From an uncultured Chloroflexia bacterium (GTDB lineage: Bacteria; Chloroflexota; Limnocylindria; Limnocylindrales; CSP1-4), in assembly GCA_963713975.1 (NCBI GenBank), contig OY970218.1:768001-832000 (forward strand): 64,000 nt of DNA, in the 5' to 3' direction. Shown here piece after piece: positions 59,548 to 64,000 of the stretch. The notes under the pieces are model-generated. The model saw only the letters and a list, made by a program, of their open reading frames with translations, searched no databases and was not told the origin of the DNA. Numbering within the stretch: position 1 is the stretch's first letter; every line of letters starts with the position of its first letter. A program made the position numbers and the translations under genes.

Positions 59548-61101
59548 ATGGCAGGATCCGTGCGCCGCGGCGCCAGGCCGATCAGCGCGCTCCTCGCGAT
59601 CGCGCTGCTGGCCGGCCTGGTGGCGGGATGCGCCGCGTCCCCGTCACCGGCCGGATCGCCCGCCGGGTCCGCCACGAGCCGCCCGTCGAGCCCAGCGGCG
59701 ACCGAGAGCCTGAGCCTCGAGGACGCCGTTCTGGCCTACGGCCAGGGCCCCACGCGCGATCCCTCGATCACGTACCAGCCCGATGTCGTGTTCGTCGAGG
59801 GCGGTCCATCGAGCATCCGGTGGGCTAGCGCCGACGGGCTGACCTGGGCCATCGACCGCAACGCGCCCGGCGCGGCGGACCTCCGGACCGGGTCCGTCAT
59901 GTTCGCCACCACGGTTGCCCTCGGTCGCGTGACGGCGATGGAGGACCAGGGCGACGACCGGATCGTGCACCTCGCGCCAGTTGACCTGACGGACCTCGTG
60001 AGAGACGGAACGATCGAGTTCGACCAGGACCTGGACCTCGCCGACGCCACCTATCGCCAGCTTCCCGACGACATGCCCGCCGTCCTGACCGACGCCGACT
60101 CGCCGCCCTCACCCAGCCCCGGCGCGGATCTCGCACCGACGGACGGCACCGGGGTGGTCACGATGCCGCCGATCCGGCTGGCTGCGGCCCGCACCGGGCT
60201 CCCGGCGATCGAGCCTGCCGCCGTCGGCAAGCTGACGGTCCCAAGCAAGGTCTGCCCCAAGCTCGGGATCAGCGACTGGAGCGTGGAGTACTGCATCCAG
60301 GGCCCGGGCCTGTCCCTGGCGATCGACCGCAAGCTTGGCGGCCACCTCAAGGTGGGGGTCGGGCTCAAGCTGCTGACCAGCAAGCTGCGTTTCCACGCCG
60401 GCACGGTCATCAAGGGCGGCCAGATGATCGACTCCGGCGGCCTGCTCGACGGCCTGGATGGCTTCGAGCTGGACCTCGCCGGGGGCGTCGAGGACGGCGC
60501 CCAGGACAACGTCAAGATCAAGATCGAGGTGCCGGTCGAGATCGAGACCGGCTCCATCGTGGTCGGCGGGATCCCGCTCAAGATGTACATCGAAGCCAAG
60601 TTCACGATCGAGACCGCGTTCTCGGGGAAGAACTCGACGCTCAGCGGGACGGGCGAATACCACTTGAGCGGCCCGATCGGGATCCAGGGCGGGAAGCCCG
60701 TCGTGCCCCAGCTCACGGTCGTCCGGAGCCTCCTCGACAGCCTCAAGGGCATCACCGTGGGGCCCAGCGGCGTGGTCATCGCGGTGAAGTGGAAATTCCA
60801 GGGCGGCGTGGGGCTCTACGGCTTCGTCGCGGGTCCGTACCTGACGGTCACCTTCGCGATGGGCATCGGCCGCGGGTCCGTGATCGGGGCGCCGCTCGCC
60901 GTGTGCCACGGGGCCACGCTGGGGATCTGGGTGGGCGCCGGGGGCGGGTTCAACCTCAACGCGTCGAAGCTGGGCTGGCTGCTGGGCAAGGACAGCCTGG
61001 TCGCGAAGTACCTCAAGGCCAAGATCGATATCGACCTTCTCCAGTTCGAGGTCGTCAACAAGAAGGCGGTGACCCCCGATGTCCCCCTCTGTCGTGGCTG
61101 A
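59548..61101 (+). CDS. Large beta-rich lipoprotein
   Basis: VAGC lipobox; Gly/Val-rich beta-strand C-terminal half. Confidence 0.78.
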   Translation: MAGSVRRGARPISALLAIALLAGLVAGCAASPSPAGSPAGSATSRPSSPAATESLSLEDAVLAYGQGPTRDPSITYQPDVVFVEGGPSSIRWASADGLTWAIDRNAPGAADLRTGSVMFATTVALGRVTAMEDQGDDRIVHLAPVDLTDLVRDGTIEFDQDLDLADATYRQLPDDMPAVLTDADSPPSPSPGADLAPTDGTGVVTMPPIRLAAARTGLPAIEPAAVGKLTVPSKVCPKLGISDWSVEYCIQGPGLSLAIDRKLGGHLKVGVGLKLLTSKLRFHAGTVIKGGQMIDSGGLLDGLDGFELDLAGGVEDGAQDNVKIKIEVPVEIETGSIVVGGIPLKMYIEAKFTIETAFSGKNSTLSGTGEYHLSGPIGIQGGKPVVPQLTVVRSLLDSLKGITVGPSGVVIAVKWKFQGGVGLYGFVAGPYLTVTFAMGIGRGSVIGAPLAVCHGATLGIWVGAGGGFNLNASKLGWLLGKDSLVAKYLKAKIDIDLLQFEVVNKKAVTPDVPLCRG

Positions 61102-61135
61102 GCAGCGTGGCCCGTGGCGGTCTCGCGGATGGCTC

Positions 61136-61681
61136 GTGGCCCGCCGGGCCGCCGGCGCGGTGGCGCTGGCGCTCCTGGTCGCATGTTGCTCGGGCGCGCC
61201 CGTCCCAGCGGCCACCGCGACACCGCTCGCGATCACGGCCGAGCCGGCAACGCCCACGCCCAGCCAGGTCCCGGCCTCCGACACCCCGCCCCCGCCGACG
61301 CCCGCCGCGATCGACCCCTGCGGGCTGATCACGCACGACGAGGCCAACGCCCTCGCGGGGGTCACGGTGCAGGATCCCGAGCCGGCTGGCGAGCCGCCCG
61401 TCCGCTGCGTCTGGGCGACCCCGGTGACGGGCGCGATCGGCCAGGTGGAGATCGATGTCGGGGACGGGGCGAAGAAGGCCTACGACATCGACGCCACCGT
61501 CCTGGGCCACACGTTCGCTCCGGTCGCGGATGTTGGCGACGAAGCCTACGCGGAGGACGGCGCGATCTTCTTTCGCACGAGCGACACCTGGGTCGCGATC
61601 CGCGTCATCCGTCTCGATGACCCCGCCAGGAGCTCGGGACCTCTCGAGCAGCTGGCCCGCGTGGTCGTCGGGCGGATCTGA
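61136..61681 (+). CDS. Lipoprotein (DUF3558-like)
   Basis: LVAC lipobox, DPCGLIT..EA, C.W, V.DVGDEA; start uncertain. Confidence 0.72.
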   Translation: MARRAAGAVALALLVACCSGAPVPAATATPLAITAEPATPTPSQVPASDTPPPPTPAAIDPCGLITHDEANALAGVTVQDPEPAGEPPVRCVWATPVTGAIGQVEIDVGDGAKKAYDIDATVLGHTFAPVADVGDEAYAEDGAIFFRTSDTWVAIRVIRLDDPARSSGPLEQLARVVVGRI

Positions 61682-61683
61682 CG

Positions 61684-62031
61684 ATGTCCGGGTCGGTGCG
61701 CACGTTCCTCGCCGAGTGCTACATCCCGGGGATCGAGGAGTCCTCCGTGGCCGCCGCGGCGACGCGGGCACGCGCGGCCGTCCGCGCCCTTGTCGCCGCG
61801 GGCGAGCGCATCGAGTACCTGGGTGCCGTCCTTGTCGCGGGCGATGAGGTCGTGTTCCACACGTTCGGGGCGCAGGATCCTGTGCTCGTCGAACGGGCGA
61901 GCCGGAACGCGGGCCTGGCGTTCGAGCGCATCGTCGAGTCCGTGGCCGTGGACGGGGCCGACCCGGGCCTCGCCGGGCAGCGGCTAGCTACGGCGCCGGG
62001 GTTGCGTCGACGGGCGAGCCGCAGTCGGTGA
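61684..62031 (+). CDS. Small DUF4242/SCO4226-like protein
   Basis: FLAECY.PG, YLG..V..DE.VF..F.A..V.RA..AGL.FERI.E. Confidence 0.65.
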   Translation: MSGSVRTFLAECYIPGIEESSVAAAATRARAAVRALVAAGERIEYLGAVLVAGDEVVFHTFGAQDPVLVERASRNAGLAFERIVESVAVDGADPGLAGQRLATAPGLRRRASRSR

Positions 62032-62079
62032 ACCACAGGACCGCGCCGCCGCCAGCGACCACAAGGAGCACCCGGCGTA

Positions 62080-62330
62080 CCGGGTGATGCTGGCAGGATC
62101 GCGGAGGCCGTGTTCGAGCGGATCGATGTCCTGGGGGTGACCGACTTCACGTTCACGCTGACCGCTCACGCCAAGGCGCGAGGCTGGGACGCGGCCTTCG
62201 GGGCCGGCGCCGTCCGCGTGAAAGAAGGTCGATCTGGTCGGGGCGAGAGGGGTAGCCCCGCCACCACCGACCTTCCGATCACGTTGCGCCTCGCCGAGCC
62301 GCCGGAGCCCTTCGACTGGGCCGATGCACG
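62080..62330 (+). pseudogene. Second serine recombinase C-terminal remnant with att core D (62235-62250)
   Basis: IAEAVFERIDVLG is homologous to LTESLFERVEVLG of the 52538 remnant; continues GRGERGSPATTDLPITLRLAEPP. Confidence 0.75.
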
Positions 62331-62606
62331 GCGTCCTCGCTGCCACCGAATCTGCCGTTCGTCGTCTTCACCTTCAGGTTTGCGCCGGATCCGCCGGCGG
62401 TCGAGGCGGTGAGACGCCGCCGGCGGCGCCGCTGGGCGAGTTGGCGACGTGGGACAGCGGCCGGAGCTACCGAACGTCGCCGACCCAGGTGGATCCGCGG
62501 TCGGCAGCCCGCCTGAGTCGCACGACCGATTGCCCGCGGTCAATACGACTCGACCGACCGTTTCCGAGCGACCACTGGTTATGCGCGACTCACAACGGCC
62601 ACGGGC

Positions 62607-64000
62607 CTATCCATCGGCCGGCGGCAGCAGCCCGAGGCGGGTGGCCGCGGCGGCCGCGTCGTAGCGACTCAGCGCTCCGAGCTTGTCCATCGCGTGCGTC
62701 ACGTGAACGGACGCGGTCTTCTCCGAGATGAAGAGCCGAGCGCCGATCTCGCGGTTCGTGTGTCCCGCTGCGACGAGCGCGAGGACCTCCCGCTCGCGCG
62801 TCGTCAAGGGCGTCTCGCCTGACGCTTCGGCGGTCGCGGCGTCGGCCGCCATGTCCAGTCGGATCCTCGCTCGAGATGCCAGGGCCTCTGTCGCGCGCTG
62901 CAGCGGCACCGCACCGAGGTCGGTGGCCACCGCGTGCGCCTCGCGCAGGGGTATGGCTGCGTCCGCCGCCGACCCGCCGCTCGCGAGGATCGCCTCGGCA
63001 TGGCGGTATCGGACGGATGCCGACTCCCACGGCTGCTGCAGCACGCTTCTCGCCTGGACGGCGACCGCCCAGCGAGCGGGGTCCGCGCGACCCTCGAGGC
63101 GCTCCGCTTCGGCGTCCATGCGCAGGACCTCCGCTCGGACCAGCGGGCCGCCACCGTCGGCGTCGATCGCCCGCCGGGCACTTCGGCGGAACAGGTCGAT
63201 GAACCGCCGACCGGCGATCACCGCTTCGTCAGCTTCGGTGCGCCGGCGTCGACGGCGGGCGGCGCCGGCGTGATTCGCTTCGCCCTCGGTCGCCTTGACG
63301 AGCGACCACCACAGGGTCGCGTCGTGCTCGGGCTCAGGCACGGCCTCGATCGAGGCATCCATCAACCGGCGGCCATCGGCGTGCCGCCCGGTCGCGTACG
63401 CCACGAAGATCTGGTCCTCGAGCTGCCAGACCCGGTGCGGTCCGACGGTCGGTATCCGAGCACCCTGCTCGATCTCCCGCTCGGCGTCCTGGGTCCGGCC
63501 CAAGTACGTGTTCAACCGGGCGAGCGACATATGGATATAAACCATCTCGAACGAGAAGGCCACGAGGGTCATGATCTGGTCCGCGGTCGCAAACGCCTCC
63601 GGCCATCGGCCGAGCTCGACGAGGTTCTCGAGGACGCCGTGGAGCAGGTGCGCGCCGTACCGACCGTCGGCGCCGTCGCGTCGCGCGATCTCGAAGCCGT
63701 GACGGTCGTGGGCAAGGCTCCCCTCGAAGTCGCCTTGGATGAAGCCGGTCGACCCTCGCCAGTGATGCGACCGAGCCCGGATGTCGGGGTCCAGCACGAC
63801 GTCGAGGAGTCGTCCGGCCTCCGCGAGCACCGCTTCGGCACGGCTGGTCTCGCCGAGGTGGGTATAGACCTGACCGAGGACCGTCAGCGCCCGGACGAGT
63901 TCACGGGGCGCATCGACAGCGCGGGCCACGTCGATCGCCACGGCACCCGCCTGGAGTGCGGTCGAATACCGACCGTAGTGCCAGTGCAGCAATGCCTCGG
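62607..64000 (-). CDS. LuxR-family large regulator, C-terminal TPR plus HTH (5' end outside the window)
   Basis: LTTREREVLALVAAGHTNREIG..LFISEKTASVHV. Confidence 0.92.
   Translation of the reverse strand, partial: EALLHWHYGRYSTALQAGAVAIDVARAVDAPRELVRALTVLGQVYTHLGETSRAEAVLAEAGRLLDVVLDPDIRARSHHWRGSTGFIQGDFEGSLAHDRHGFEIARRDGADGRYGAHLLHGVLENLVELGRWPEAFATADQIMTLVAFSFEMVYIHMSLARLNTYLGRTQDAEREIEQGARIPTVGPHRVWQLEDQIFVAYATGRHADGRRLMDASIEAVPEPEHDATLWWSLVKATEGEANHAGAARRRRRRTEADEAVIAGRRFIDLFRRSARRAIDADGGGPLVRAEVLRMDAEAERLEGRADPARWAVAVQARSVLQQPWESASVRYRHAEAILASGGSAADAAIPLREAHAVATDLGAVPLQRATEALASRARIRLDMAADAATAEASGETPLTTREREVLALVAAGHTNREIGARLFISEKTASVHVTHAMDKLGALSRYDAAAAATRLGLLPPADG

Larger units (their letters stand above)
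48549..64000 (+). mobile_element. Tandem array of integrated islets at a putative tRNA-Pro att site (serine-recombinase type), running off the right edge
   Basis: Four direct repeats of a tRNA-Pro 3'-end core, two recombinase remnants abutting cores, and accessory or decayed cargo. Confidence 0.72.

Noticed and set aside
48549-62250. Calling the CCTCTCGCCCCGACCA copies tRNA genes
   Set aside because: None continues into a TTC(G/A)A T-loop, anticodon arm or D arm; only the last 16 nt match
48549-62250. CRISPR array from the repeated 16-mer
   Set aside because: Spacing is 1.5-9 kb with whole genes between copies, and no cas genes are present

Overview
High-GC (roughly 70% by eye) bacterial chromosomal window; gene content suggests a Chloroflexota- or Actinomycetota-like organism (inference only). 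The left ~48 kb is mostly metabolic: a lipid kinase/phosphatase operon, a partial myo-inositol cluster (iolG, IclR, iolD, atypical transaldolase, Gfo/Idh/MocA), a group 3d [NiFe] hydrogenase operon hoxE-F-U-Y-H whose HoxF is fused to a complete GltD/NfnB-like FAD/NADPH module, F420-dependent enzymes, a cyclase-STAND protein, argG, a GH73 muramidase, gdhA, and a two-component operon with a winged-helix-fused soluble kinase and a symmetric GTTCAC operator. The right ~15.5 kb looks like a tandem array of integrated islets. Four co-oriented copies of the 16-mer TGGTCGGGGCGAGAGG (48549, 50009 with one mismatch, 53221, 62235) match the reverse complement of a tRNA-Pro 3' end. Each copy lies in a 'GRGE(R/G)' reading frame, and two directly follow remnants of large serine recombinases. 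The copies delimit cargo units: a Fic gene; methyltransferase/nitroreductase/MBL; a defence-type ATPase fragment plus LuxR-STAND and lipoproteins; and a second LuxR-STAND. An unannotated ~140-bp structured repeat occurs twice (4273 and 29256). No intact tRNA, rRNA or CRISPR array was seen.
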